Below are positions 9,729 to 21,316 of a stretch of DNA of 64,000 nt, piece by piece. Position numbers and translations under genes: made by a program. Positions within the stretch are counted from its first letter, which is position 1, and each line of letters opens with the position of its first letter. The stretch covers positions 160,001-224,000 of the forward strand of contig CAWCNS010000006.1 of NCBI GenBank assembly GCA_963796965.1, read 5' to 3'. The notes beneath the pieces were generated by a model that saw only the letters and a program-made list of their open reading frames with translations, searched no databases and had not been told where the DNA came from. Source of the DNA: Calditrichia bacterium (GTDB lineage: Bacteria > Calditrichota > Calditrichia > JAJRVZ01).

Positions 9729-11018
9729 TTACTTAAGATTTACCTTCTCCTGCTTCATTGAATCTCTCTCACGAATTGTAACACTCCCATCACTCAATGT
9801 ATCGGAATCTATCGTTACACAGTAAGGAGTACCAGCTTCATCCATCCTGCGATAACGACGACCGATTGAACCACTCTCATCATAAAAAATCCGGAATTTC
9901 CCCTTTAGGTCATTAAATAACTTGCGCGCTATTTCTGGCATTCCATCCTTTTTGACTAATGGAAATATGGCAACTTTAATAGGAGCCACAGAAGGTGATA
10001 ATCGAAGAACAACCCGATCTTCTTCCTCTTCATAGGCATCAATTAAAGTTGTTAATAATGTTCGATCACACCCTACTGACGTTTCAATAATATAAGGTAA
10101 ATACCTTTCCTTCTGCTGGTCGTCAAAAAAACGCATATCCTTTCCCGAAAATTCTTGATGGCGCTTTAGATCAAAATCTGTGCGATTATGAATACCTTCA
10201 ATCTCGTGCCAACCAAAAGGAAACTCATATTCAATGTCAAAGGCACTCTTTGCATAATGCGCCAGTTCAGTATCAGCATGACTATGAAATCGTAACTTCT
10301 CCTTTCGTATTCCAAGACGTTGGTACCAGATCATTCTTTGTTCTTTCCAATATTCGAACCACTTCTCATCTTCATCAGGGTGGACAAAATACTGCATCTC
10401 CATCTGTTCAAATTCCCGTGTCCTGAAAATAAAATTTCCCGGTGTTACTTCATTCCGAAAAGCTTTTCCGATTTGTGCAATACCAAATGGAATCTTTTTT
10501 CGAGAACTTTCCCTGACATTATGAAAGTTTACATAGATTCCCTGCGCTGTTTCGGGCCTAAGGAACACTTGGTTCGCGGCATCCTCTATGGGACCCATAA
10601 AGGTTTTAAACATCAGGTTAAATGATCTTTGATCAGTAAAGTTTTCTCTGCACTCGTCATTTATAGGTTTTTTTCTATTCGGACAAATGGCTTCGTCAAG
10701 TTGGTCTGCCCGAAACCTCGCTTTACACTTTTTACAATCTACTAAAGGATCTGTAAATCCGTCAATATGACCAGAAGCTTCCCAAACTTTCGGGTGCATC
10801 AAAATGCTCGCATCAAGCCCCTCAATATCCTCCCGCTCATATATCATCGAATTCCACCATAAATCCTTGATGTTTTTTTTCATTTCGATCCCTAGCGGGC
10901 CATAATCATAACAACTATTAATACCACCATAAATTTCACTGCTTTGAAAAATAAAACCTCGCCGCTTGGCAAGCGATACTAGTTTATCCATTACCGTACT
11001 CGTTTTACTACTGCTCAC
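9729..11018 (-). CDS. glyQS: Glycine--tRNA ligase (alpha2 type)
   Basis: [45 protein letters not shown]; likely GTG start at 11018 after AAGGAG. Confidence 0.96.
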   Translation of the reverse strand: MSSSKTSTVMDKLVSLAKRRGFIFQSSEIYGGINSCYDYGPLGIEMKKNIKDLWWNSMIYEREDIEGLDASILMHPKVWEASGHIDGFTDPLVDCKKCKARFRADQLDEAICPNRKKPINDECRENFTDQRSFNLMFKTFMGPIEDAANQVFLRPETAQGIYVNFHNVRESSRKKIPFGIAQIGKAFRNEVTPGNFIFRTREFEQMEMQYFVHPDEDEKWFEYWKEQRMIWYQRLGIRKEKLRFHSHADTELAHYAKSAFDIEYEFPFGWHEIEGIHNRTDFDLKRHQEFSGKDMRFFDDQQKERYLPYIIETSVGCDRTLLTTLIDAYEEEEDRVVLRLSPSVAPIKVAIFPLVKKDGMPEIARKLFNDLKGKFRIFYDESGSIGRRYRRMDEAGTPYCVTIDSDTLSDGSVTIRERDSMKQEKVNLK

Positions 11019-11103
11019 AGACGTCTCCTTAATTAATAGGGGATAATATGGTGTTTTAGTATTATCGACCATTATCCTTTAATTGTTTACTTTTTTTATA
11101 AAA

Positions 11104-11850
11104 TCATTTTAATATTTTTAATGAATTTAATTCCAACTTTTCATCAGAGTGATATCTTAGATATGAAAGTAAAAATTCTGTATAGGGAAATTCTTCTTCT
11201 ACCTTTAATGATTGTACGGATATAGTTTTATAATTAGTGCTTTGTAGTTTACTCAGGAATGTTTGAACATTTGTAGTTACCCGCCATACACCAATATTTG
11301 TACCGCTACAATTTTTACAGACCAATCCACCCCTTTGAAATGAGAAATAAAATTCAGGCACATCTAAATAACGTGAGCAGAGTGTACATGAATCCAGATT
11401 TGGTCGAAATCCCATGTACGAACTAATTTTTAATATAAAGAACCAAAAAATAATTTTAGGTTCTTTTATTTCTTCCATCTCTTCCAGTAAGGTTTTGATA
11501 AAATCAAAAAATATACCATCTGCGGAACCTATCGGGACTAATATAGAAATAAGTTCAAGGATAGCATAGGCATAACTTGTCCTTTCTATATCTTTTTTAA
11601 TTTGAGGGAAACTATTTTCGAGAGATACAGACCCTAAGATTTGTACCTGTCTCTTCGAAGAATAATATATGATAACTTCTATCAAATTGATTGACTCTAA
11701 TACACCTCCATAAGAGGACTTTAATTTACGTACGCCTTTTGCAACAACAGATATTTTACCCGTTTCGCGTGTATATAATGTGATAATTTTGGAAGTATCT
11801 TTCCATTTTATTGACTTTAGTACAATTGCTGATGTCTTTATTGGGGACAT
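11104..11850 (-). CDS. recO: DNA repair protein RecO
   Basis: AIVLK...DTSKIITLYTRETGKISVVAKG, CxxC...CxxC zinc motif. Confidence 0.92.
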   Translation of the reverse strand: MSPIKTSAIVLKSIKWKDTSKIITLYTRETGKISVVAKGVRKLKSSYGGVLESINLIEVIIYYSSKRQVQILGSVSLENSFPQIKKDIERTSYAYAILELISILVPIGSADGIFFDFIKTLLEEMEEIKEPKIIFWFFILKISSYMGFRPNLDSCTLCSRYLDVPEFYFSFQRGGLVCKNCSGTNIGVWRVTTNVQTFLSKLQSTNYKTISVQSLKVEEEFPYTEFLLSYLRYHSDEKLELNSLKILK

Positions 11851-11851
11851 C

Positions 11852-13213
11852 TTATAGGAAGAGAGGTGTTGATGATGAAATGATTAACAGATATATGAGG
11901 AGACCAAAAATATCATTTACTGTTGTTATAAAAGGGCCCGAAGCAAGGGCAGGATCAATATTAGCCCTTTTTAGAATAAATGGTATTAATCCACCAAATA
12001 AAGTTGCTTGTAAAATAACAAGATTTAATGCTAAACCGATTGCCAATCCCATACCAATATTTTGCCATAACCCAACAACAATGGCAATAGTCACACCAAA
12101 GATAAATCCGATTAAAAGCGAAACCCGAAATTCGCGAAAAAATCTTCGCCAGGTACTATCAATTGAAATCTCCCCTGTGGCTAATCCCCTAATTACGATA
12201 ATCGATGATTGGATTCCGCTATTCCCACCCATTGCCATAATTAAAGGCATGAAAAATGTAAGTGCGATAATCTGTGTAATAGTAGTTTCAAAACTTTGAA
12301 TTATAAATGCGGCTATCAATTGCCCTACAAATGCAATCATCAACCAAGGTAAGCGTACCCAGGATATTTTTAAAAATGAGTCCTCCTGTATTTCCTCATC
12401 ACTTGCTCCAGCAAAAAGAGAAATATCTTCAGAAGCTTCTTCTTCAACAACATCAATAATATCATCAATTGTTATTTGTCCAACCAATTGATGAGAGGAA
12501 TTCACTACCGGAAGCGCCACCAAATCATATTTTCTAAACAATATTGCGACTTCCTCCTGATCAATATCCGTATAGACAAATTTAATATCTTTGTTAATTA
12601 GTTTTGAGATCAGTGTCTTTCCCTTAGCCAGGACAAGATCTGTAAGAGATACGCTTCCTGTTAAAGTATCATTATTGTCTACAATCCAGATATTATGGAT
12701 AACACTAATTTTTTTTCTTGCTTTCCGAATTTCTTTAATGGTATCGTTGACTGAGAATTTTTGATTAATCGATACAAACTCTAACGCCATGATACCGCCG
12801 GCGGTATCTTCGTCATAGGTAAGAAGTTCTTTTACATCTTCTGATACTTCTTCGGGAATTTGCTCAAGTACACTTTCTGCAACTTCCCGAGGTAAATCGG
12901 AAATGATATCAGCAGCGTCATCAGAGTCCATTTTATCAACGAGGGATGAAATCCGCTTTTCAGATACATCCTCCAATATCTGATCAACAATAGGAGGATC
13001 CAATTCCGTCAATACCGCACTTGCTTTATCAGTAGGTAGAAGTGGAAATAGGTATTTCCTTTCATCCTTTTTAAGTTCGGTGAGAAGATCTGCAATATCA
13101 GCAGGATGAAGATCAATTAATAGGTTTAATAATGCTCCCTGATTTTTTTTCTCAATCAGATCACGAATACTATTCAAAACTTCTGTAAAATCTGTTTCTA
13201 AGATATATTTCAT
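11852..13213 (-). CDS. mgtE: Magnesium transporter MgtE
   Basis: LHPADIAD, CBS pair, RLPWL, GGNSGIQ, DPALASGPFITTVND. Confidence 0.96.
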   Translation of the reverse strand: MKYILETDFTEVLNSIRDLIEKKNQGALLNLLIDLHPADIADLLTELKKDERKYLFPLLPTDKASAVLTELDPPIVDQILEDVSEKRISSLVDKMDSDDAADIISDLPREVAESVLEQIPEEVSEDVKELLTYDEDTAGGIMALEFVSINQKFSVNDTIKEIRKARKKISVIHNIWIVDNNDTLTGSVSLTDLVLAKGKTLISKLINKDIKFVYTDIDQEEVAILFRKYDLVALPVVNSSHQLVGQITIDDIIDVVEEEASEDISLFAGASDEEIQEDSFLKISWVRLPWLMIAFVGQLIAAFIIQSFETTITQIIALTFFMPLIMAMGGNSGIQSSIIVIRGLATGEISIDSTWRRFFREFRVSLLIGFIFGVTIAIVVGLWQNIGMGLAIGLALNLVILQATLFGGLIPFILKRANIDPALASGPFITTVNDIFGLLIYLLIISSSTPLFL

Positions 13214-13228
13214 AATTTTTACCGGTAT

Positions 13229-14020
13229 TTAATTTTTACGAAATGTTGAAATTTCATTGGATAGATTTATATATTGTTGAATAAATAATTCTTCTGGACG
13301 TAAAGTAAGACTTATCGATTTGATAGTTTCTATATTCTTTTCCTTCAATAGTTTTTTTAGGCTATTTCTTAACATTTTTCTTCTTTGCTGAAATGCAGTG
13401 ATTACAATTTGTCGAAACAATTGATAATCTTGCAAATCTGATGTGTGATTTTTGGGCTCTATACTTACAACGGTAGAATCTACATTTGGTATTGGATAAA
13501 AGTTCTCTCTGTTTACTTCGAGTACCCTTTGAACATTATTATGATATTGTGCCATAATAGTTAAATAACTATACGCCTTTGTTCGGGGTTCGGCTAACAA
13601 ACGGTCCGCAACCTCTCTTTGTATCATCAAAACGGCTTGTGAAATATTTATGCCTGTTTCAAATATTTTAAATAAAATTTGTGATGTAAGATAATATGGG
13701 ATATTACCAATTATCCGAATACTTTTATTTGAATCAAATTTCTTAAATGAAACATCTAAAACACTTTCTTGTATTATTCTTATTTTTGTACCAAATTTTG
13801 TTTTAAGCAACTCTGAGAGTCTTGGATCTATCTCAATTGCTATAATTTTGTTATTTTTTTGTTTTATTAGATGTTGTGTAAGTACACCTTTTCCTGGACC
13901 TATTTCTATGATAATGTCATCTGTTTGACATTGCAAAGTATTCACGATCTTTTCGGCATATTTCTCATTAATTAAAAAATTTTGACCGAATTTTTTTAAA
14001 GGTTTAACTTGATTTGCCAT
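13229..14020 (-). CDS. rsmA: 16S rRNA dimethyltransferase
   Basis: KKFGQNFL, EIGPGKG, GNIPYY, QRRKMLRNSL. Confidence 0.96.
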   Translation of the reverse strand: MANQVKPLKKFGQNFLINEKYAEKIVNTLQCQTDDIIIEIGPGKGVLTQHLIKQKNNKIIAIEIDPRLSELLKTKFGTKIRIIQESVLDVSFKKFDSNKSIRIIGNIPYYLTSQILFKIFETGINISQAVLMIQREVADRLLAEPRTKAYSYLTIMAQYHNNVQRVLEVNRENFYPIPNVDSTVVSIEPKNHTSDLQDYQLFRQIVITAFQQRRKMLRNSLKKLLKEKNIETIKSISLTLRPEELFIQQYINLSNEISTFRKN

Positions 14021-14787
14021 TGATCTTTTAAGTGAAATAAATTCTCGGTATTATCAGTCGTAATCTGTGCTAATTTGTCGATTGAGACACCCTTGACTTG
14101 AGATATTTTTTCTGCAATATAATTTAAATGCGCTGGCTCATTTCTCTTCCCCCTAAAAGGAACAGGGGCAAGGAATGGACTATCAGTTTCCAAAAGAAGT
14201 TGTTCCAAGGGGACACAATCGATTAATTTATTATAGTTCGCATTTTTAAAAGTTATCGGACCAGTAAATGATATATAGTAATTTTCACCTAATACGATCT
14301 CTAAAAATTTAATATCTCCAGTAAATGAGTGGAACACGCCACCAATTTTTTCTGCTTTTTCATCCTGAAGTATTGGCAAAATATCCCTATGTGCATCCCG
14401 GTTATGAAGGATCAAGGGTAAACCCAATTCATGGCCAATACGGATCTGAGCTCGCAGTGATTCTTCTTGTTTACTTCTGGTCGTATAATCTCTATAATAG
14501 TCAAGTCCAATTTCACCAATAGCTATTACTTTATTTTTATTTGCCAGATGTTTTATTTTATCAAATTCCTTTTTATCTACATTCATTGAATCATTGGGAT
14601 GAATCCCGACCGCGGCAAAAACAACCGCAAACCGAGCAGCAATTTCAACAACTTGTGCAGAGGACGCAACATCAGTTCCAATTGTAATAATAGCATCAAT
14701 ATTATTTTTTATCGCTCGCTGAATTACCACTTCACGATCTTCATCAAAGCTATCGAATTGCAAATGCGTATGAGTATCAATAAACAT
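13996..14787 (-). CDS. tatD: TatD family hydrolase
   Basis: DTHTHL, GIHP, IGEIGLDY, LLETDSPFL. Confidence 0.94.
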   Translation of the reverse strand: MFIDTHTHLQFDSFDEDREVVIQRAIKNNIDAIITIGTDVASSAQVVEIAARFAVVFAAVGIHPNDSMNVDKKEFDKIKHLANKNKVIAIGEIGLDYYRDYTTRSKQEESLRAQIRIGHELGLPLILHNRDAHRDILPILQDEKAEKIGGVFHSFTGDIKFLEIVLGENYYISFTGPITFKNANYNKLIDCVPLEQLLLETDSPFLAPVPFRGKRNEPAHLNYIAEKISQVKGVSIDKLAQITTDNTENLFHLKDQWQIKLNL

Positions 14788-14950
14788 ATCATTCTCAGAT
14801 TAGTAAATGAGCAGGAACCATATATAATTTATAAAAGTTGCAACCCTGGGTTTGTTATTATCAGGCCTTATATTTAGTAATTGTATACTTTCAGCAATAA
14901 ACTGGATTAAGATTGTTGATTGTGTTTTCTGATTCTCTTAGTATAATAAA

Positions 14951-17010
14951 TCAACTGATACTTACACCATTCTTAGTTTTTTCAGATGGAGATATAATCG
15001 ATAACTTGGTTCCATCATTTGCTGCTAACAACATACCATTTGACATTTCACCGCGAATTGATGCCGGTTCAAGATTTACTACAATGACGACCTGTTTCCC
15101 AATTAAATCGTCTAAACTATAACTTTCAGCAATCCCTGCAATAATTTGTCTTTCTTCATTCTCAAGTCGCACCTGTAGTTTGAGTAATTTATTTGTTTTG
15201 GGAATTTTTTCTGCTTTTATTATTTCTGCTACCTTTAGATCAATCTTTTTAAAATCTTCAATAGATATGTTTTCAACTTTTTGCTTCTGACTTTCCGCTT
15301 TATGACCGTCACTCTTTAATTTTGCAACTTGTCGATCAATCACATCATCTTCTATCTTGTTAAATAATATTTGAGGGGGATTTATCCGGTGCCCTGCTTT
15401 AAAAATGAGCACACCTGCTTGCATCCAATATAATCCTTGACTATCATTCTGCATATTTAACATCTCTCTAATCTTTTCTGTTGTAAAAGGTATGAATGGA
15501 TCAAGGACAATGGAAAGTGTTTTAATAGTCTCGAGGCAAAGAGCTAAAGTTGTCGAACATTTCTCGATATCTGATTTTATGGTCTTCCATGGCATCTGAT
15601 CATTGAAATATTTATTTGCGAACCGGGCCAGATCCATCGCTTCACGAAGACCCTGTCTAATTTGATAATTACCAATAAAATCTCCTACTTTATCAGCAGT
15701 AGAGGAAAGCATTGAAATCAATTGTTGGTCATCTTCCTGTATTTGACCTATTTTAGGAACCTTGCCGTCAAAATTTTTATATACAAAGGTTAATGTGCGA
15801 TTAATAAAATTTCCCACTATATCAGCCAACTCATTATTGTATCTGGATTGAAAATCTTTCCAAGAAAAATCTGTATCTCTTGTTTCTGGTAAGATACTTG
15901 CCAGACAAAAACGTAATGGATCTGGATCAAACTCTTTTAAATAATCATCTAACCAAACAGCATAATTTCTACTCGTCGATAATTTATCTCCCTCTAGGTT
16001 TAAAAATTCATTCGCGGGAACATTTTCAGGTAAAATATAATCACCATGTGCCATCAACATGGCTGGAAAAATTAAACAATGAAAGACAATATTATCTTTG
16101 CCGATAAAATGAACCAATTTGCTATTCGGATTCTGCCAATATTCTTTCCATCTCTCCGGATCTCCCTTCTCAATAGCCCATTCTTTTGTAGCTGAGATAT
16201 ACCCGATTGGTGCATCAAACCATACATATAAAACTTTTCCTAATGCATCAACACCTTCGTCTTCTGCAATATCTTTAGGAACCGGCACTCCCCACGTTAA
16301 ATCCCTGGTTACAGCACGATCTTTTAATCCTTCCGAAAACCAGCTCCGTATTTGCCCTAAGACATTTGTTTTCCACTCCGGATGACTTATCGATCCATTT
16401 TTCCAAATCTTTTTGTGATTTTGCTAATGGTAGATACCAATGGGTTGATTCTTTTTTTATTGGTATTGCGTTAGTGATTGCACTTTTTGGATCAATAAGG
16501 TCTGAAGGACTTAAAGATATACCACATTTTTCACATTGATCGCCATAGGCTTCTTCATAATTACAACTGGGACAAGTTCCACGTACAAATCGGTCTGCCA
16601 GAAACATTTTTGCTTGCGGATCATATAGTTGATCATCTGATTTAAGAACAAACACTCCCTTTTTCGAGATAACTCTGAACATATCCTGGCTGGTTTGGCG
16701 ATGAATTGATGAAGATGTTCTTCCATAATAATCAAAACTTATTCCAAAGCTTTCAAAACTTGCTTTATTTTTATAATGATAAAAATCCACAATTTCCTGC
16801 GGGGATTTATTGTTCAGATCTTGCCCTGAGTATAATCGGTACCCCATGCTCATCAGATCCACAAATATAAATTATATCACTCCCTTTGAGTCTGTGATAG
16901 CGTACAAAAATATCTGCTGGGAGATATGCTCCAGCCAGATGACCCAAATGAATTGGACCATTGGCATAGGGCAGTGCACTCGTTACTATAAATTTTTCGG
17001 CTTTTATCAT
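14951..17010 (-). CDS. metG: Methionine--tRNA ligase (split by two indels)
   Basis: [31 protein letters not shown]-terminal tRNA-binding domain. Confidence 0.95.
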
Positions 17011-17130
17011 TATACCCCTTTACATTGAATTATTTATACGGGCGAAAAATATACTGAATCGTGCATTCCTGTACAAGAAATGTTTAAGATAGGGTTTTTA
17101 GAGGAGAATATAGGAAGTGAGGGTTCTCTG

Positions 17131-17939
17131 CTACTTTAAGTGTTCATTTACCTCATTAAGTGAAAATTCTTCAAACTCTTCACCGTCAAATCTAAGATAT
17201 ACTTTATCATTAAAGATATCCACTTTATCAACATAACCTACACCTCTTTCCATTTGTACAGGTGAGTCGAGAGCAGGAAATCTTTTAAGTGAGGAGTTGT
17301 AAAATCCTTTTTCGAAAAGGATACAGCATTTCAAACGACTGCAGATACCCGATAATTTAGAAGGATTCATTGGAAGATTTTGATCCTTCGCATCAGTGGT
17401 AGAAATTTGTGAAAAATTTTGCATAAATGACGTACAGCATAGTTGTTTTCCACAAATTCCAATGCCTCCTAATTTTTTTGCTTCTTCCCTAACACTTATT
17501 TGTCGTAATTCAATACGTGTTCTATATTTACTTGCTAGATCTTTCACAAGCTCCCGAAAGTCAACTCGTTGACAGGAGGTAAAATAAAAGGTGAGTTTAT
17601 TCTTGATCAAACTGGTATTCTACATCAACAAGTTTCATATTTAAATTTCTTCTTTCAATGTATTCTCTTCCGATATAAAATGCAGAGGACTCATTTCTCC
17701 TGTTATCATTCAAGTTTTTCAATATTCAGATTCTTCGCTTTTCGGAGTATATTCCCCGGTTCTTGTTTAATATCTTTAAGCATAACAAGGCGACCGGTTT
17801 GGGTGATTTGACCAAGATCTTCACCTTTATCAACTTCAACAACAGCAGAATCACCAGTTTTTAGATCTATATCATTTGAATTAAAATAATAATTTTTTCT
17901 ATTTCTCTTAAAGGTTACTTCAACAACTTCAGGTGACAT
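17131..17939 (-). CDS. ricT: PSP1/YaaT (RicT) family protein (frameshifted)
   Basis: RVDFRELVKDLA, GICGKQLCC, KLSGICSRLKCC; follows holB. Confidence 0.85.
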
Positions 17940-17954
17940 TACTATTACTCCCGA

Positions 17955-19055
17955 CTAATCGATCTGTTCTATGCAAATGTTTATTAATTTGAATTCCCAT
18001 TACTGTCAAAAGCAATGGGATATGAACATTTGATTCTGACATTTGAAATTGCATTATCAATTTCTATAACGAATTTGATTCAAAGTCTGAATATGTATAA
18101 CTTTTTGCAAATCGCGTAATTTCATCTTTAAAATCAATATTAATTAAATGTCAATTTCTCTGGTGAAGAAATAAGGTGAATGGTATCTTTAAACCACAAA
18201 ATAAGTAAATTTAAAATGTCCAGCAAGAAATTTTTATCCCTTTACGTTGGCAATGGAATCAATGATTCTTGTATATTTCACGGTTACTCCCCCTCGCTGA
18301 TAGCCTTTAAAAATTCATAGACAATTTTTCGCTTATCATCATTCTCCTGGTCGATAACCTCAAATATTTTCTTTAAATTGCCCTGTGAAATTTGGATAAT
18401 TCCTTGTCCTTTTCCGAGACAGATCTGAAACTTACCTGAGATTTGATGAGGCTTCATCAATTGATAAAGGGTGGAAAATATACAATTTGACATCTCGATT
18501 TAATTGTATCTAAAACAGCATTCAAGGAAGAGGCAATAAGAATTATCAGTAAATTATCCGGAGGTTCTTCCAGTATTTTTAAAAATGAATTAGCACTCTC
18601 ACGATTCATTTTTTCAACTTCTGTGAGAATAAATACTTTTCTTCTGTGCTTCATAAGGTGTAATTTTGCTTCGTTTTTTAAGCTCACGAATCTTGTCGAT
18701 AGAAATACTTGTTGGACCAGTATGATTCTATTTTAGAATATGGATTTTCTGCTTTTAATGATATTTTTTTTGAAGATCCTGAGGTCCAGATTTTGCTTCC
18801 GGAAATAATAAATTTTATATCTGGATGTTTCAGTTGACTTAATTTTTACGACAGGTTGCGCACATTCATTACAGGGTTTTGTTCAGATTCATTCAGACAA
18901 TTCAATGATTTAGCAATTTCGAGAGCAAATGATTCTTTTCCACCACCTTCAGGACCATAAAACAAATAAGCATGAGCAAAACGGTTGTTCAAGAAATTCT
19001 TTTTGATTCTATCTTTAACCACAGGTTGGTCAATAATATCTTTAAAATATTCCAT
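17955..19055 (-). CDS. holB: DNA polymerase III delta' subunit (multiple indels; 3' end approximate)
   Basis: AHAYLFYGPEGGGK, ANSFLKILEEPP, TIKSRCQ. Confidence 0.85.
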
Positions 19056-19235
19056 TGAGTTTTTAAGTTTTCTTTATCTCTTGATATATAAGTAAATTAA
19101 AATTGAAAATATTGCCAGTTTTAGTCATTATAACATGGTAACTTTTAGTCCGTTCTCAACGCTATAAAAATTGAAAACAACAGTTATCTAATCACCGATG
19201 TCAATGTATATGGATCCCTTTATCCCATAGGAACC

Positions 19236-19649
19236 TCAGATCCTGATGGAAATGGTTTGCTGTTGAGATTACAATTTTATAAATGCCCTGTTTACGTAAT
19301 CGATCCATTATCTTAATTATAATCCCATGGGAAACTTCCTCATCTGCATTTAAACACAACACTTTTATCCGTTTGTGCAGAAATTAAAGATTCCACTGAT
19401 TCAGCAAGATTTTCTAATGTTACAGGATCATCATTTAAAAATAAATTTTCATCATTATCCACATAAACAATAACCTTTTGCGCTGTATGAGATTGGCTGC
19501 TCTCTAGCTTCCGGTAATTTTAATTCAATACCTGGTTGTTCCAAAAAAGTTGACGAGACAGTAAAAAAGATAATCAAGTATAAACAAAACATCAATCAGA
19601 GGTGTAAGATTTATACCAATTTTCTTGGTGGTTTTTCAGATAATTTCAT
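19236..19649 (-). CDS. exbD: ExbD/TolR family protein (indels; 3' end approximate)
   Basis: Manual translation gives INLTPLIDVLFILIIFFTVS. Confidence 0.82.
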
Positions 19650-19677
19650 TATTTCACCAAATCTTTTTTATCCATAC

Positions 19678-20310
19678 TTAAATTTCTGTCTTTATCCTTT
19701 TGCGTTTGTTAATCTTGCCAATTTTTTGTATTAGAAAAATTGAATATTTTTCAATATCCAGCACAAAATTTTCAGCCTTTCTGGCAAAATAATTAAAAAA
19801 AATGAGGACAGGAATTCCTACAAAAAGGCCGGTAACCGTTGTTATCAGGGCTTCCGAAATACCTCCTGAAAGAGCTGCCGCCTGACCAATTCCTTGTTCT
19901 TTGATGACACCAAACACCTGAATCATGCCCAAAACGGTTCCCAAAAGACCCATCAGGGGAGATATTACAGCGATTGTCTCTAGAATTGTTAAACCTCTTT
20001 CCAGATGCCGAACTTCCTGGCGTCCCTGATCTTCTATTAATTCTTTTATATCAGCACGATCTAAATCGGTATTATCTAAACCAATCTTAATCAAATTTGA
20101 TAAGGGGCCACTGTATTTTGCACAAATGTTTTTTGCCAAATCCATATCTTGGAATGAACTGAATTGTTCTACTACATTAATTATGTCAGGAATAATTATC
20201 TTATTCTTGCGTAGTGAAAAAAAACGTTCAATAATAATTGCTACTGCTAAAACAGAAGCAAGAACGAGGGGGTACATCATGATACCCCCTCTTTCTAAAA
20301 TCTCAATCAT
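19678..20310 (-). CDS. exbB: MotA/TolQ/ExbB proton channel
   Basis: GGIMMYPL, SPLMGLLGTVLGMI, GISEALITT. Confidence 0.92.
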   Translation of the reverse strand: MIEILERGGIMMYPLVLASVLAVAIIIERFFSLRKNKIIIPDIINVVEQFSSFQDMDLAKNICAKYSGPLSNLIKIGLDNTDLDRADIKELIEDQGRQEVRHLERGLTILETIAVISPLMGLLGTVLGMIQVFGVIKEQGIGQAAALSGGISEALITTVTGLFVGIPVLIFFNYFARKAENFVLDIEKYSIFLIQKIGKINKRKRIKTEI

Positions 20311-20311
20311 A

Positions 20312-21207
20312 TCAGTTACTCCTTCTCAGATTCGGATAGATTAATCGGGCTGTAATGGTTAGCATCTCATCTGGAAAATTATTAGGTAGTGGTTTAAAGG
20401 GAAAACTTGCATTAATAGCATTTACACTTGAGACCTCCAAAGATTCATGACCATTATGCTCATGTACTTTAGATCTGATCAAATTTCCGTCCTTGGATAT
20501 ACTAAATTCAATAACAGTATATCCATGAATTAATCCCAGACGATGATAGGCCGGCAGGCGTAAACCAAACTGAATATAATTTTTGTTTTAATGCGTTAAT
20601 ATATGGGGCCCATTCCCAGGCATAAGTACTTAATGATATATCACCGACCTGATCAGACGAAAATTGTTTTTGATCATAGATATTATTTGTTGTACTCTGA
20701 CTAGCTTGCGCCTGTTGTTGGCTTTGATCTTTTTGATTTCTCATTATATCACTCTTGCTTGCTTTCCGATCAATGCATCTTTTGTAAATTTTTTTGTTTG
20801 ATATTGGTTTTTGAAAATGTTTTGTATATTGGGTTTTGTGAGATTCGGATAAGGATATTCCCTTCATTCATAGGTTGATTCCGAATATTTTCCAGTAATT
20901 GTCTGCTTCTTGCCATAGAATTAAAATCCGATAGAAGATCAGAATTTTCAGGTATTTCTCTGTTTTCATTGATATTTTCAACGATTGTTTTAGGTTTATT
21001 TTCCGGAAAAACAACTGTAACCTCTTCTGGAAGATCTTTTTCTTCTGGGGATAGATCAATAACAAACATATCCTGAGTGAAAAAAACAAGAAACAAAACA
21101 TGTATGATTAAGGACAAGAGAATAGTCCAGAAATATATTCTTTTTTCTCTATCCAGATTTTGATATTTATCTATAAAAACATGCATATTTTCTGAAGTAA
21201 TATTCAT
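20312..21207 (-). CDS. TonB/TolA family energy transducer (frameshifted)
   Basis: SLIIH anchor motif, YAWEWAPY, C-terminal PFKPLPNNF; upstream of exbBD. Confidence 0.75.
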
Positions 21208-21316
21208 AACGAATGCTGAAAATCATATAAGGGATCCTATTATCTAATAGACCAGACAAATATAATATTTATTCCGAATCAAATTACTCTTGAGTAATTA
21301 TCCAGCCCCCTTTTAT